DNA from: an uncultured virus (IMG/VR IMGVR_UViG_3300037047_000119)
Taxonomy: Duplodnaviria; Heunggongvirae; Uroviricota; Caudoviricetes
Reading direction: 5' to 3' (one strand)
Length of the DNA stretch: 55,295 nucleotides
IMG/VR virus record: IMGVR_UViG_3300037047_000119
Positions 55,101-55,295 of this stretch are shown here, one piece after another. How positions within the stretch are numbered: the first letter of the stretch is position 1; the number at the start of each line of letters is the position of its first letter. The notes below the pieces were generated by a model. The model worked only from the letters and a program-made list of their open reading frames with translations, made no database searches and was not told the DNA's origin. Position numbers and translations under genes: made by a program.

Positions 55101-55294
55101 CTGAAAGGATCCAACTCCTGAATGATCGTCACTCTTCCCGCTGCGACAACCTCAGGCAAACGACCATTCCTAGTCCCCTTCCAATAGAGACGTGCGAACT
55201 GAGCTACCGACTCAGGGTCCCGGATCTCCAGCGCTTGGTTGTAAAGCGCGGCATCGGCGTAATGCACCAGTCCCTCAACCCGCACCTCGAACAC
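52163..55294 (-). CDS. Polyvalent protein (5'-partial): GNAT, tag, DNA topoisomerase IB, GNAT, zincin, GNAT, ART-like
   Basis: QRQGVASALY; ARRLAVRYL; ERVGN, YVGKSG, AKDIR, VGH, SQYL; FRRQGLSKLL; HEVGH..EAFA; RKQGVG..FYKRFGF; FLHGTS..IYLS. Confidence 0.85.
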   Translation of the reverse strand: MFEVRVEGLVHYADAALYNQALEIRDPESVAQFARLYWKGTRNGRLPEVVAAGRVTIIQELDPFRKRFASTTTKDGRRITFRVQENRPYPKLTKLGFRQITFWVDVDGDPAGELEMGFWDPKRFDKEFPSADVFAVKYPRLIGQEAGDEDIWRKKYVNMRRDVGLARPSWAEVQEEFQRQGVASALYLFAKQWLARRGVRFYASHSQTFDSTRMWDRFDSRGLVDMDEHGRYLKARRLAVRYLQAAAARYKDKKTVKTQDGDEMTVYEYSDRQIANRNRQKAERVEKLRKTIKDLRKQVQKDLKSEDEHTRMVALAVGLMDATYERVGNDESAKEGHFGVTGWKVKHLTLGKDKATIKYVGKSGVKHEKVIDSPGSLTALREAVKGKKDNDEICGGVKAEDVNAYLKPFDVTAKDIRGYHANTEMQTRLKAVRGKGGKLPEDKKEREKKLKEEFKKALEETAEAVGHEPATLKSQYLVPGLEDDFLKDGTVDAKLDKRGSTPKLLVERNNLRVTVEPDNGQFTTHSSAYVFLANTKEDANAGYLILVPSPRDGGYWYVGNVYVDPLFRRQGLSKLLHDTAYAWATRYGGSFRSGMITSPENRSYWEKLEQAGKAESYDAGPGDIQYKRTKTSNHSGDPELNAWVEEYLRRHPKVRPFLRDRVWHVTHPGAGNHPEARYTSRGIEIYPKFWNLAEDPRDFVFTHEVGHSVLDRWGLRQFIAAAEAAGVDVWDTAQLPFSNGNMHEAFADSFASYFLDGDVRHRYPVWVPLVEEGMKRGKTASVSAAAVRSFGEQVEQDLGLESFDLYLTQQGDIQLNLLVVGKAARKQGVGTEAMSLLCRFADQQGARVVLSPALRDDRKGTTSRSRLVQFYKRFGFVENKGRHVDFSLSAGMYRNPALRREANTWPPGVFLHGTSERFDRFRPGRHHAIYLSQPKGRKTQAEYISEGPRGGWLAEVAVDFQKGKIFNPYQDPLAEEIRLRVMGSNPDPTDKRIPYEEAPDIIREASPYGYTIFRFYERSVRDESIAVMDLSLLKILRWHKVDR

Positions 55295-55295
55295 C

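Overview
This window is a fragment of a large tailed dsDNA phage genome (standard genetic code, dense genes, many ATGA-type overlaps). The minus strand carries a late head-morphogenesis region: multidomain 'polyvalent' proteins, a prohead protease with a LAGLIDADG intein, an acidic scaffold, a cement/decoration protein, an HK97-fold major capsid protein (MCP), three tandem cement-like paralogs, two paralogous structural proteins and neck-type proteins. Between about 4.5 and 22 kb lie mostly small early/accessory genes and free-standing endonucleases. Main observations: (1) a candidate capsid-cargo system, in which at least nine otherwise unrelated proteins share a basic helical tag (R-[VIL]-A-x-R-[YW]-L), two more share a second tag (LRxxxx[RK][LF]AxxxPExRxHLxPxL), domains are separated by [KR]-x-[AS] motifs that also riddle the scaffold, and isolated tagged genes carry their own copy of a putative late promoter; (2) a neck-type gene fractured into two ORFs by an endonuclease and apparently rejoined by an atypically split intein (33-aa IntN, 131-aa IntC); (3) a protein made of two MCP A-domain-like repeats in the accessory region; (4) a T_TTT_TTT site that would join two cargo ORFs by -1 frameshifting; (5) two distinct promoter motifs read from the intergenic DNA. 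All family assignments come from motif recognition by eye; no database search was run.
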